Source of the DNA: a bacterium
GTDB taxonomy: Bacteria; Sysuimicrobiota; Sysuimicrobiia; Sysuimicrobiales; Humicultoraceae
NCBI GenBank assembly: GCA_041497675.1
Contig: JBGQGY010000035.1
Span: forward strand, 1-27,362
Reading direction: 5' to 3'
DNA: 27,362 nt
Positions 17,235 through 26,310 of this stretch are shown piece by piece. Numbering within the stretch: the stretch's first letter is position 1; each line of letters begins with the position of its first letter. The notes under the pieces were generated by a model that was not told where the DNA came from, ran no database searches, and was given only the letters and a program-made list of their open reading frames with translations. The position numbers and the translations under genes are program-made.

Positions 17235-17860
17235 AGGCGGTACACCCGGTGGCCGATCAGGCGGCCGTCGGCGTCCAGGTGAAACTGGTTCAATTCAAGG
17301 TTGACGATGTCGTCGCGCAGCGACGCGTAAGGATCCAGCCCGCGCAGCTCGCCGTGCAGTTGCTGCATGAAGTTCTGGTGAGACGAGACGAGCACGCGCT
17401 TGCCCCGGTGCGCGCCGAGGGTCCGAGTGAGGAACGCGCGCGCCCGGGCCCGCAACGTCTCGAACGACTCGCCGCCCGGTGGGTTGAGCGAGTACCGGAC
17501 GTGTTCGATCGGCAGGTAGATCACGGATGGAAACTTCTCACGAATCTCGTCCTGGGTCAGCCCTTCCATCTCGCCGAAGCTGCGTTCGATGGCCAGATCG
17601 TCGATGAGCATCTGCTCGCGCGTCCAGCCGGTGACGATCTCGGCCGTCTCGATCGCGCGGCGTAGGCTGGACGCGATCACCACGTCGATCGGCGTCCCGT
17701 CGAAGTTGCCGCGGGCGTCCTGGGCCTGCTGACGGCCCACGTCGAGCAAGGGGGCATCGAGCCGGCCCCCGGTGCGTTTCGAGCGGTTGAGCTCGGTGAG
17801 CCCGTGTCGCAGCGTATAGAGCAGCGTCTGGCCGGGAGCAAGAACGGGTTGATCGATCAT
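17201..17860 (-). CDS. Histidine phosphatase (phosphoglycerate mutase) family protein
   Basis: LRHGLTELN, SSLRRAIETA, ERSFGEMEG, PPGGES, LVSSH. Confidence 0.9.
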   Translation of the reverse strand: MIDQPVLAPGQTLLYTLRHGLTELNRSKRTGGRLDAPLLDVGRQQAQDARGNFDGTPIDVVIASSLRRAIETAEIVTGWTREQMLIDDLAIERSFGEMEGLTQDEIREKFPSVIYLPIEHVRYSLNPPGGESFETLRARARAFLTRTLGAHRGKRVLVSSHQNFMQQLHGELRGLDPYASLRDDIVNLELNQFHLDADGRLIGHRVYRLCPDASNYPSF

Positions 17861-17874
17861 CCCTCAGGCGTCTC

Positions 17875-19821
17875 CTACAGATTCCTGATCTGGACGGGCC
17901 GAGCGGGTTCGGCCGCATCGAACCCGAAGACGCGCGAGTAGAAGTAGAGCTCGGCATCCAGCGCCTGCCTGATGTTCTCTGCGCGGCGGAACCCGTGCTG
18001 CTCGCCCTCAAAAGGCACATAGGCCACCGGGATGCCCCTTTCGCGCAGCGCGGCAAACATTCGCTCCGCCTGGTTGGGCGGCACGACCTTGTCCTCGAGC
18101 CCTTGGAACAAGATCAGCGGGCACGAGACGCGGTCCACAAAGTGGATCGGCGATCGCTGCACGTACAGGTCGCGGCGCTCCGGATAGGGCCCGACCAGCC
18201 GGTCGAGATAGCGCGACTCGAACTTGTGTGTCTCGGTGGCCAGGGCCTCGAGATCGCTGACCCCATAGTAGCTGGCCCCCGCCGTGAAGACGTGACGAAA
18301 CGCCAGCGCCGCCAGCGTCGTGTAGCCGCCCGCGCTGCCCCCGCGGATCGCGAGCCGCCTCCCGTCTACCTGGCCGCGCTCCACGAGGTACCGCGTCCCG
18401 TTGACACAATCGTCGATGTCGACGATGCCCCACTGGCCGTTGAGCCGCTCTCGATAGGCCCGGCCGTATCCCGTGCTGCCACCGTAGTTCACATCCAGCA
18501 CGGCAAAGCCGCGGCTCGTCCAGAACTGGATACTGAGACTCAGCGTGTTCGATGTCGCGCCCGTCGGCCCGCCGTGGCTGATCACTAGCAGCGGGGGCCG
18601 TTCTCCTGCCGGGGCGGCATAGTCCGTGTTCCTCGGAGCATAGAAGAATGCGTGCGCGGTGTTGCCCTGTTCGGTCGGGAACTCAATCGCCTGGGGGATC
18701 GACAGATAGCCGGAATCGATCGGATGCTCCCAGCTGCGGCGCAGCACTTTGACATCACCTGTGGTCGTGTCCACTGTGACAATCGAGGGGGCTTCTGTAG
18801 GCGACCCACCCAGGAAGACGGCTCGCCCGGGCGCGGCACGGACACTGGCAATCTCGGTGTAGGGCACATCGATCGGTCGCAGCGTTCGAGTGGTGAGATC
18901 CAGCTCGGCCAGGTGCCAGATCCCACGCTGAGTATACGAACAGATGATGCGAGCGGGTGACGCGAACGCGTAGGTCGACATCCCAAAGACCCATTGGGGC
19001 CCGCCGAATTCAGCCTCCAACTCGATAAGGATGTCGGCGCGTCCGCCGTGCAGGCGGTAAAGGTTCCACCACCCGGTCCGATCCGACACGAAGTGCAAGA
19101 TCCCGTCGGGCGACCACTCGGGTTGGAAGATGGACTCGTCGGTGCCACCCGCCACGAGTTCCGCCCGGGCCACGGAGCCGTCGCCGGCGAGTTCGCCCAC
19201 CCACAGGTCGGTGCCGTCCCACGGCATGTTGGGATGGTTCCACGCGAGCCAGGCCAGACGCGACCCATCGGGGCTGAGACGAGGAGATGAATAGAAATCG
19301 TATCCGGAGGCCAGCACCCGGACCGGTCCGCGTCCTTCGATATCGAGGCTCACCAGCGTGTTGACGGCTTCGCGTGCTCCGGCCGTGTGATCTTCGCGAA
19401 CGCAGATGATTCTCTCGCGGCGCCGGTCGATCCCGCCGTCGGCATAGCGCAGGGTCCGCCCGGGAGCGCGGGGGGGCACGTGCTCGGGCAGCGGGGAGAT
19501 GGGTCGCGGTGCCGCGCCGGGATCCTGGCGGTAGAGCCGCTGGTCGGCAAAGTGTGAAAAGTAGACCACGTCGCGGTCGGCGATGTAGGCGCCGCCCCCG
19601 TATTCATTGGCCAGCGTGCGGGCGTTGAAACCCGGCGGCGTCACGTCGACCGTGCGGCCGTCGGGAGTGCGCCGGACCACGACGGAACGACCCTCCTCCG
19701 CCGGCCGTGTCTCCAGCCAGCAGACTTCGTCCCCGTCAAGGACGACTCGCTCCAGGCGGACGGCAGCCGTCGCGATCAGATCGGCGGTGATCGGCGACTT
19801 CCAGGAGCCGTACGACGCCAC
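17875..19821 (-). CDS. S9 family serine peptidase (dipeptidyl/acylaminoacyl peptidase-like)
   Basis: YGSWKSPI N-terminus, [30 protein letters not shown], nucleophile GGSAGG, QGLED, EQHGF. Confidence 0.95.
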   Translation of the reverse strand: MASYGSWKSPITADLIATAAVRLERVVLDGDEVCWLETRPAEEGRSVVVRRTPDGRTVDVTPPGFNARTLANEYGGGAYIADRDVVYFSHFADQRLYRQDPGAAPRPISPLPEHVPPRAPGRTLRYADGGIDRRRERIICVREDHTAGAREAVNTLVSLDIEGRGPVRVLASGYDFYSSPRLSPDGSRLAWLAWNHPNMPWDGTDLWVGELAGDGSVARAELVAGGTDESIFQPEWSPDGILHFVSDRTGWWNLYRLHGGRADILIELEAEFGGPQWVFGMSTYAFASPARIICSYTQRGIWHLAELDLTTRTLRPIDVPYTEIASVRAAPGRAVFLGGSPTEAPSIVTVDTTTGDVKVLRRSWEHPIDSGYLSIPQAIEFPTEQGNTAHAFFYAPRNTDYAAPAGERPPLLVISHGGPTGATSNTLSLSIQFWTSRGFAVLDVNYGGSTGYGRAYRERLNGQWGIVDIDDCVNGTRYLVERGQVDGRRLAIRGGSAGGYTTLAALAFRHVFTAGASYYGVSDLEALATETHKFESRYLDRLVGPYPERRDLYVQRSPIHFVDRVSCPLILFQGLEDKVVPPNQAERMFAALRERGIPVAYVPFEGEQHGFRRAENIRQALDAELYFYSRVFGFDAAEPARPVQIRNL

Positions 19822-19825
19822 GATG

Positions 19826-21184
19826 CTATCCTTCCACTTCCGTCAGCGACGCGTCCAAGATGTCCAGGGCGCGGTCCATCTCGTCGCGCGTGACCACCAG
19901 CGGGGGGCTCAGCAGGATGACGTTGCCCATCGTCAGTTTGAAGCTCAACCCTTTCGACAACGCGCAGTACATCACGGTTTCGGCCTGCGCCGTCGCGCGG
20001 GCGCGTGTGACGCGGTCGGTCACGAGCTCGATTCCCAAGAGCAGCCCCAGGCCTCTCACGTCACCGATCAACGGGTGCCGGTCTTTCATCGCGGTGAGAC
20101 GATCGAGGGCGTATCGGCCCAGATCTCGCGCGTGCGCCAGGAGCCCGTGTTGTTCGATGTAGCGGATCGTGGCGAGCGCCGCGGCAGCGGCGACCGGGTT
20201 TTTCTCGTGCGTATAGTGGCCCAGCGCCATCTCACCGGCGACGTCGAACCGCTCACGGGCGATCAGCGCCGCCAGAGGGAAGACCCCTCCGCCCAGACCC
20301 TTTCCGAGGACCAGCATGTCCGGGACGACGCCGTAGTGCTCGCAGGCGAACATCGCGCCCGTCCGCCCCAACGCCGTGGGAATCTCATCGAGAATCAACA
20401 ACGCGTTGTGTCGGTCACACGCGCGCCGGACGACCTGCCAATAGTCGCGCGACGGGATCACCGGGACGCTTCGCACCGTCTCGGCCACAACCGCCGCGAC
20501 GTCGCCTTCCTGTTCCAGCACGTATTCGATGTGCGACGCGCACTTGAGGTCGCACCCGCCCCGGTGATGACAATCCCACTGGCACCGATAGGGATCCGGC
20601 GGCGGCACGTGTTCTGCGCCCGGCATAAGCGGGCCCATGTCGCGCCGGAACAGCTCCTCTCCCCCGACGGAAATCGCGTCGAGCGAGGCGCCGTGAAACG
20701 AATCCCACATGGAGATGGTCTTGTACCGGCCGGTGACGACGCGAGCGAGCTTCAGCGCCATGCCAATGGCGCCGGTCCCGCTGGGACACAACAAGACTTT
20801 GTTGAGATCGCCCGGTGCCAGTTCGACGAGTGTTCTGGCCAGGTCCACGGCGACCCGATTCGTGTAACGGCGTGGGCTGAAGGACAACTCGTCGAGCTGC
20901 GTCTTGATGGCCGCCAGGACGTCGGGATTCCCGAACCCGACCTGATGCACGCTGTTGCCGTGGAAGTCCATGTAGCGGCGGCCCTGGAGGTCTTCGATGA
21001 AGATCCCGTCGCACCGCCGCAACGCGTTCAGACACGGCGTCGACAGCGACTGGTGGAGGAAGTAGCGCGCATCGTCCTCGAGCAGCGCGCGCGTCTGACC
21101 ATCGAGCGCGGCCGCCTGCCAGGCGGCGCGCTGAGCAGACACGTTGACGTCGCCCTCGGACTGCGTGCGCGGAGTCTCGCTCAT
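19826..21184 (-). CDS. pbfA: (R)-1-hydroxy-2-aminoethylphosphonate ammonia-lyase (class III aminotransferase fold, PLP)
   Basis: Motifs I recognise from Pbf[58 protein letters not shown] Lys in [17 protein letters not shown]. An aepX homologue lies about 5 kb away. Confidence 0.88.
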   Translation of the reverse strand: MSETPRTQSEGDVNVSAQRAAWQAAALDGQTRALLEDDARYFLHQSLSTPCLNALRRCDGIFIEDLQGRRYMDFHGNSVHQVGFGNPDVLAAIKTQLDELSFSPRRYTNRVAVDLARTLVELAPGDLNKVLLCPSGTGAIGMALKLARVVTGRYKTISMWDSFHGASLDAISVGGEELFRRDMGPLMPGAEHVPPPDPYRCQWDCHHRGGCDLKCASHIEYVLEQEGDVAAVVAETVRSVPVIPSRDYWQVVRRACDRHNALLILDEIPTALGRTGAMFACEHYGVVPDMLVLGKGLGGGVFPLAALIARERFDVAGEMALGHYTHEKNPVAAAAALATIRYIEQHGLLAHARDLGRYALDRLTAMKDRHPLIGDVRGLGLLLGIELVTDRVTRARATAQAETVMYCALSKGLSFKLTMGNVILLSPPLVVTRDEMDRALDILDASLTEVEG

Positions 21185-22113
21185 GCAGACCTTGGTGGTT
21201 CCCGCCGCTGCGCGAAACTCCTGCCCGCGCGATGCCTCTCCGGTATCGCGGCCAGAAAGGCCGCCAGCAGAGGAGAGAGCACGCGGTCGGCGTGGTAGAC
21301 GAGCGCGAAATCCAGGCTGAGCGGCTCGCGCAGCCGGCGGCCGATCAGGCGGCCGGCGGCGAGTTCCTGCGCGACCGCGGCGTGGGCCATGATCGCGACC
21401 CCAAGACCGTCGGCCACCGCGCTCTTGATCGCCTCGTTGCTTTCCAATTCCATCGATGGCTCCGCGCTGAGGCCGTGCGCCTGAAACGCCTGCTCGATCA
21501 GGCGCCGCGTGGTGGAGCCGGGCTCGCGCAGAATCAGCGGGGACCCGCGGAGATCCTGGATCGACACGATCGACTTTCGCGCGAGGCGGTGATCGGGCGG
21601 GAGCACAACCAGCATCCGGTCGCGGATCAACGGCCGGGAGATCAAGTGTGGATCATCCGGCCGGCCGGCGATGAGGCCAGCGTGCAGCGTAAAGTCCACG
21701 ATGCCGGTCAGGATCATCTGCGAGTTGCCTACCGACAGGCTGACTTTGACCCCAGGGTACCGGCGCTTGAAACGGTCGAGCAGGTCGGATACGTAGTAGG
21801 CGCCAGCCGTGCGGCTGGCGCCTATTTTGAGGTGCCCCGTCTGCAGAGCCGCCGCACCCTCCAGCGCGTCACGAGCGGCATCCACCAAATGGAAGATGCG
21901 CCCGGCAAACGCCTCCAGGGTCTGTCCGGCCTCGGTCAGGGCCAGCCGCCGGCCGTTCCGGTGGAAGAGTTTCAGCCCGACCGCCTGCTCCAGACGGCGA
22001 ATCTGCTGCGTGACCGCGGGCTGGGTGATCCCGAGCGCGCGCGCAGCCTTGTTGACACCCTGGTGGCTCACCACCTGATGAAATGTTCTCAACGGAACGA
22101 GTAGTATGTCCAT
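21181..22113 (-). CDS. LysR-family transcriptional regulator, probable aminophosphonate-responsive activator
   Basis: HTH AARALGITQPAVTQQIRRLE, LTEAG, LKIGAS, REPGSTTR, SNEAIKSAV..GLG. Stop overlaps the pbfA start (ATGA). ATG 22113 is preferred over 22131. Confidence 0.93.
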   Translation of the reverse strand: MDILLVPLRTFHQVVSHQGVNKAARALGITQPAVTQQIRRLEQAVGLKLFHRNGRRLALTEAGQTLEAFAGRIFHLVDAARDALEGAAALQTGHLKIGASRTAGAYYVSDLLDRFKRRYPGVKVSLSVGNSQMILTGIVDFTLHAGLIAGRPDDPHLISRPLIRDRMLVVLPPDHRLARKSIVSIQDLRGSPLILREPGSTTRRLIEQAFQAHGLSAEPSMELESNEAIKSAVADGLGVAIMAHAAVAQELAAGRLIGRRLREPLSLDFALVYHADRVLSPLLAAFLAAIPERHRAGRSFAQRREPPRSA

Positions 22114-22123
22114 GTGCGAAAAG

Positions 22124-22140
22124 CATAACATGATTTTATG
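22124..22140. promoter_or_regulatory. LysR-type recognition site CATAA-N7-TTATG (T-N11-A)
   Basis: Perfect 5-bp dyad in the divergent intergenic region. It overlaps the putative lysR -10 (TATGCT, minus strand 22127-22122) and lies 21 nt upstream of the TTGACA of the divergent promoter. Confidence 0.75.
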
Positions 22141-22161
22141 ATTTGGACCAGAATACCTTAT

Positions 22162-22191
22162 TTGACATTATGAAACGCGACGTCCGATAAT
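22162..22191 (+). promoter_or_regulatory. Sigma70-type promoter TTGACA-N18-GATAAT for the CoA-transferase operon, likely leaderless
   Basis: TTGACA 22162-22167, GATAAT 22186-22191, in-frame ATG at 22199 with no SD sequence. Confidence 0.7.
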
Positions 22192-22198
22192 GCTCGTG

Positions 22199-23116
22199 AT
22201 GCCTCCTAACAAGGTCATGACCGCCGCCGAGGCGGTCGCGCGCTTCGTCCATCCGGGCAACGTACTCGGGATGGGTGGACAGAACATCGGCCGCTGCCCG
22301 ATGGCCCTCACCCACGAGATCATCCGCCAGCGCGTCGGGGGCCTGACCGTGGTGGGTTGTAACCTCTCCCTGTCGATGGATCAACTCGCCGCGGCCGGTC
22401 TCATCCGGCGGACCGAGTGCGGCACGGGCAACCTGGAGCGATTTGGGACGACGTTCAGCTGGCGCCGGGGCATCGAAAACGGCACGATCGAGATCGAGGA
22501 CTACAGCCACCTGGCGATGGTCAGCCGTTTCCTGGCCGGCGAGATGGGTCTCCCGTTCATGCCGGTACGCAGCCTGCTTGGGTCGGATATCCTGTGGGCC
22601 CCGGACGGCGCGCCGAAGCCCGGCAAGGCCGTCATCACCGAGAACCCGTGGGATCCGGCCGAGCGTGTGGTGCTGGTCCGGGCGCTGCAGCCGGACGTGT
22701 CGATCGTCCACGCGCAACGCGCCGATGCGGTCGGGAACGTCATCATCGAAGGGTTCGCGACGCACGAGCCGGAGATGATGCGCGCGTCCCAGCACGTGAT
22801 CGTCTCGTGCGAAGAGTTGGTCACGACCGACGAGATCCGCGCGCACCCCGAACGCACGACCATCCCGTTCATGTACGTTCACGCAGTCGTTGTCCAGCGG
22901 TACGGTGCGTTTCCGACGTCAACGTACGCCTACTACGACTACGACGGCGGCCAGATCGGCGCGTATCAAGACGCCGCCCGGACCGGGTCGCCGGCGATCG
23001 ACGAGTACCTGCGGCGTCACGTCTGGGGATGCGGCACGTTCGACGACCACCTCCATCTGGCCACGGACGCCGATCGCCTCACGACCCTCACCCATGCGAT
23101 GCAGGAGTTGATGTGA
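22199..23116 (+). CDS. Family I CoA-transferase alpha subunit (GctA-like)
   Basis: KVMTAAEAVARFV..G, R.PMAL.HEIIRQ, EDYSH, AGEMGLPFMP.RSLLGSD, PDVSIVHAQRAD..GN, VIVSCEE, GAFPT. Confidence 0.9.
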   Translation: MPPNKVMTAAEAVARFVHPGNVLGMGGQNIGRCPMALTHEIIRQRVGGLTVVGCNLSLSMDQLAAAGLIRRTECGTGNLERFGTTFSWRRGIENGTIEIEDYSHLAMVSRFLAGEMGLPFMPVRSLLGSDILWAPDGAPKPGKAVITENPWDPAERVVLVRALQPDVSIVHAQRADAVGNVIIEGFATHEPEMMRASQHVIVSCEELVTTDEIRAHPERTTIPFMYVHAVVVQRYGAFPTSTYAYYDYDGGQIGAYQDAARTGSPAIDEYLRRHVWGCGTFDDHLHLATDADRLTTLTHAMQELM

Positions 23117-23931
23117 TGTCGCGCGAGACGCCGCACCTTGCGCCGTTTTCCCGTCAGGAGCTGATGGTGATCGAAGCGGCCCGGCAGCTGCGGGACGGCG
23201 ACATCGTGTTCGTCGGCACCGGTCTGCCGATGCTGGCGACCACCCTGGCCCAACGCACGCACGCGCCCGACGTGGTCATGGTCATCGAAAGCGGCGTCAT
23301 CGCGCCCCAGGTGCGTCCAACGCCGATCTCGGTTTCGGACCCCAAAGCCATGTACCGGGCGATGAAGCTCGGCACGCTGCGCGAGGTCCTGGGGTGTCTG
23401 CTGCAGCGCGGGTTGATCGACGTGGGCTTTGTCGGCGGCGCTCAGATCGACCGGTATGCCAACATCAACTCGACGCAGATCGGGCCCCCCGGCGCGATGA
23501 AACGGCGGCTGCCTGGGAGCGGCGGCGCGAACGACATGGCGTCGCACTGCCGGCGTCTGCTGATCATCACCCACCACGAGAAGCGGCGCTTCCCCGAGCG
23601 GTGCGATTACGTCACCAGCCCAGGGTTTCTCGATGGACCCGGCGGCCGCGCGCGCGTCGGATTGAACCCGGACTTCGCTGTGACCGTCGTGACCGATCTC
23701 GCCGTGATGGAGAACGACCCGCGCACCTGCGCGCTGCGCATCGTCCGGCTCATGCCCGGCATCACGGTTGAGGACGTGCGTGCCGAAACCGGGTTCCGCC
23801 CCGACGTGGCGCCGGATCTTCGCGAGGTCCCTCCGCCGGACGCGGAGGTGTTGGACAGGCTCCGGCACGACGTGGATCCGGGGCGCGTATATCTGAAATC
23901 GGAAGACGCCGTACCAACGGCCGGGAGGTAA
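23116..23931 (+). CDS. Family I CoA-transferase beta subunit (GctB-like)
   Basis: ATG overlaps the alpha-subunit stop (TGATG) with a GGAG RBS; VFVGTGLP, IESG (catalytic Glu retained), GGAQIDRYANINST, GSGGAND, VTSPG. Confidence 0.9.
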   Translation: MSRETPHLAPFSRQELMVIEAARQLRDGDIVFVGTGLPMLATTLAQRTHAPDVVMVIESGVIAPQVRPTPISVSDPKAMYRAMKLGTLREVLGCLLQRGLIDVGFVGGAQIDRYANINSTQIGPPGAMKRRLPGSGGANDMASHCRRLLIITHHEKRRFPERCDYVTSPGFLDGPGGRARVGLNPDFAVTVVTDLAVMENDPRTCALRIVRLMPGITVEDVRAETGFRPDVAPDLREVPPPDAEVLDRLRHDVDPGRVYLKSEDAVPTAGR

Positions 23932-23934
23932 CCA

Positions 23935-24789
23935 ATGGACGCGAAGGCCGTGAAAGAACGCGAGCCGTTTCACTGGCAGACATCGATCGCCTACAAGAAC
24001 AAGGACAAGATCGTCGTCCGCGGCTACGACAACAACGACCTCACGGGCAACGTGACGTTCACCGAGATGGCCTACCTGGTCTGGCGGGGCGACCTGCCGC
24101 CGGCGAACCACGCCCGCATGCTTGACGCGCTGCTGGTCAGCATGGCCGAGCACGCGTTCTCACCGTCGTCGGCCGCCTGCCGCTTTGTCGCGTCGGGCGG
24201 GGTGCCCCTCCACGTCGGTGTGGCGGGCGGGATGCTGGCCATCGGCTCGCTGCACGGCACGGCCGACCGCCCGGCGCAACTCTTCACAGACGCGGTCGAG
24301 CGGATGCGGACGGACGGTCTGACCATGCCGGAAGCGGCGTACAAGGTCGCGGGAGAAGCGCGCGCCGCGGGCCGCCGCCTGCCCGGGTACCACCACGCGC
24401 AGCACATCATCGACCCACGGACGGCGCGCATACTGGGGTTGTCCGACGAGTACGGCATCTCGGGCGCGTACGTCGCGATGGCCAGAGCCATCGAGGCCGC
24501 CACGGAGGAGTTCTGGGGGCGGCGGATCTACCTCAACGGCCCAGGGGCCATGGGCGCGGTCTGCCTGGACATGGGGTTTGACGTGGAACTGATCAAGGGT
24601 GTGTTCTTGCTGTCGCGCACCGTCTCGCTGATCGCGCACACGTACGAAGAGATGCACCGAGAGAAGGGCTGGCGGGCGTCGACCAACTCGCCTATTGTCC
24701 AACCCCTGGATCTGTCGTTGCAGAAGCCGGAATTCTACGACGGGCCGCGCGACCGCCCGCTGCCGAAGTCGCAGGGCGGCGGACGGTGA
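23935..24789 (+). CDS. Short citrate-synthase-family / citryl-CoA-lyase-like protein with altered active site
   Basis: W.TSI......I.VRGY...DL.G N-terminus, L...G.LP, AEH..SPS, G.LHG, LPGYHH..H..DPR, LNGPGA, SR...L.AH..EE; GGAGG RBS. Confidence 0.82.
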   Translation: MDAKAVKEREPFHWQTSIAYKNKDKIVVRGYDNNDLTGNVTFTEMAYLVWRGDLPPANHARMLDALLVSMAEHAFSPSSAACRFVASGGVPLHVGVAGGMLAIGSLHGTADRPAQLFTDAVERMRTDGLTMPEAAYKVAGEARAAGRRLPGYHHAQHIIDPRTARILGLSDEYGISGAYVAMARAIEAATEEFWGRRIYLNGPGAMGAVCLDMGFDVELIKGVFLLSRTVSLIAHTYEEMHREKGWRASTNSPIVQPLDLSLQKPEFYDGPRDRPLPKSQGGGR

Positions 24790-26249
24790 GCGCGCGCGCG
24801 GCGCTGCTCGAAGGGATCCCGCAGGGCCTGTTCATCGGCGGGCGGTGGGAAGAGAGTCGATCCGGCCGCACGATCCCAACCCACAATCCGGCAACCGGCG
24901 AACTCCTCGCGCAGGTGCCGCTTGCAGACGCGGCGGACGTCGATCGCGCTGTCCAGGCGGCCGCTGCCGCGTTCCCCGCGTGGTCGGAGATGCCCGGCCC
25001 GCAGCGGGGAGAGCGCCTCCGCGCGGTGGCGGCTGCGCTCCGCGAGCACCGTGAGGCGCTGGCGCATCTCGACGCCGTCAACTCAGGCAACATCATCGCC
25101 GGGATGCGCCGCGACGTCGATTGGGCCATCGACTCCCTCGAATACTTCGCCGGGCTCATCCCCGAGATCAAAGGCGAGACGCTCCCGTCGGACGCCGCCC
25201 TCTTCCACTATACGGTGCGTGAACCGTTCGGCGTCGTCGCCAAGATCAATCCTTACAACCACCCGGTGCGGTTCGCCGCCGAAAAGCTGGCGGCCCCGCT
25301 GGCGGCCGGCAACACCGTTGTGATGAAGCCACCGGAGCAGGCGCCCCTCTCGTCGCTGGTGCTCGGGCGGCTGCTGCAGACGATTCTCCCGCCCGGCGTG
25401 GTGAACATCGTCACCGGTGACGGGCCGACCACCGGCGCCTCGCTCGTCCACCACCCGCTCGTGCGGCGCATCGCGCTCATCGGATCGGTCGAAGCCGGGC
25501 GCGCGGTCATGCGCGCGGCCAGCGACGACCTCAAGACCGTGACGCTCGAACTGGGCGGCAAGAACCCACTCATCTTGTTCCCCGACGTCGACCCTGCCGA
25601 GGCCGCTGACGCGGCCGTCGGCGCCATGAACCTCAACCGTGCCGGCCAATCGTGCAGCAGCACGTCGCGCGTGTTTGTGCACCGCCACCTGCACGACGCG
25701 TTCGTCGAGGCGCTGCTGGCCCGGCTGCGAAACCTGCGGGTCGGGCTGCCGGACGCCGACGACAGCCAGATGGGCTGTCTGATCTCGAGGGAACAGCACG
25801 AGAAGGTGCTGTCGTACATTGAGGCAGGCAAGCGCGAGGGCGCGCGGCTGCTCTTCGGCGGCGGCGTGCCCGATGACCCGGGGCTGCGGCGGGGGTTTTT
25901 CGTCCAGCCCACGTTGTTTGACGGCGTGCGGCCGGAGATGAAGATCGCGCAAGAAGAGATCTTTGGCCCGGTGATCAGCCTCCTGACATGGGACGATGAG
26001 GAGGAGATGCTCCGTCAGGTGAACAGCGTGATCTACGGCCTGAGCGCAGCAGTATACACTCATGACTATGCGAAGGCCCACCGGATCGCGCGGCGGATCG
26101 AGGCGGGGTATATCTGGGTGAACATCCCCGGCGGCCACGTGCTGGGTTCACCCTACGGCGGCATCAAGCAGAGCGGCATCGGCCGGGAAGAGTGCCTGGA
26201 CGAACTGTTGTCCTACACGCAAGTCAAGAGCGTCCGGATGCGGCTGTAG
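24786..26249 (+). CDS. NAD(P)-dependent aldehyde dehydrogenase, PhdK-like subfamily; candidate phosphonoacetaldehyde dehydrogenase
   Basis: REPFGVV, PYNHP, KPPEQAP, IALIGS, LELGGKNP (Glu), GQSCSSTSR (Cys), EEIFGPV, PYGGIKQSGIGRE; GTGA overlap with the upstream gene. Confidence 0.93.
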   Translation: MSARAALLEGIPQGLFIGGRWEESRSGRTIPTHNPATGELLAQVPLADAADVDRAVQAAAAAFPAWSEMPGPQRGERLRAVAAALREHREALAHLDAVNSGNIIAGMRRDVDWAIDSLEYFAGLIPEIKGETLPSDAALFHYTVREPFGVVAKINPYNHPVRFAAEKLAAPLAAGNTVVMKPPEQAPLSSLVLGRLLQTILPPGVVNIVTGDGPTTGASLVHHPLVRRIALIGSVEAGRAVMRAASDDLKTVTLELGGKNPLILFPDVDPAEAADAAVGAMNLNRAGQSCSSTSRVFVHRHLHDAFVEALLARLRNLRVGLPDADDSQMGCLISREQHEKVLSYIEAGKREGARLLFGGGVPDDPGLRRGFFVQPTLFDGVRPEMKIAQEEIFGPVISLLTWDDEEEMLRQVNSVIYGLSAAVYTHDYAKAHRIARRIEAGYIWVNIPGGHVLGSPYGGIKQSGIGREECLDELLSYTQVKSVRMRL

Positions 26250-26310
26250 CAAGGGTTTGGGGCACGGCCGGGGAAATACTGCGCGGAACGCCCACATGAG
26301 GGGGTGCGCT

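Noticed and set aside
19607..21298. 563-aa plus-strand ORF and other long antisense ORFs (e.g. 9552-10610, 10811-11884, 23017-24153, 25083-26138, 4417-5460)
   Set aside because: Shadow frames of well-supported genes in high-GC DNA; no recognisable motifs.
22417..23115. Apparent long N-terminal extension giving a 504-aa CoA-transferase; likewise extensions from 9429, 11386 and 12351
   Set aside because: The extensions overlap upstream genes in another frame or strand and are Arg/Pro-rich noise. Family homology begins at the later starts, three of which overlap the upstream stop codon.
23935..24789. Calling this gltA/prpC citrate synthase
   Set aside because: Too short (284 aa), has a citryl-CoA-lyase-like N-terminus and lacks the catalytic Asp motif.
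24786..26249. Naming the ALDH phnY
   Set aside because: Motifs match the PhdK-like subfamily rather than PhnY; the function is only inferred from context.
19826..26249. Phosphonate biosynthetic cluster
   Set aside because: No PEP mutase or phosphonopyruvate decarboxylase in the window; an uptake binding protein and PbfA point to catabolism.
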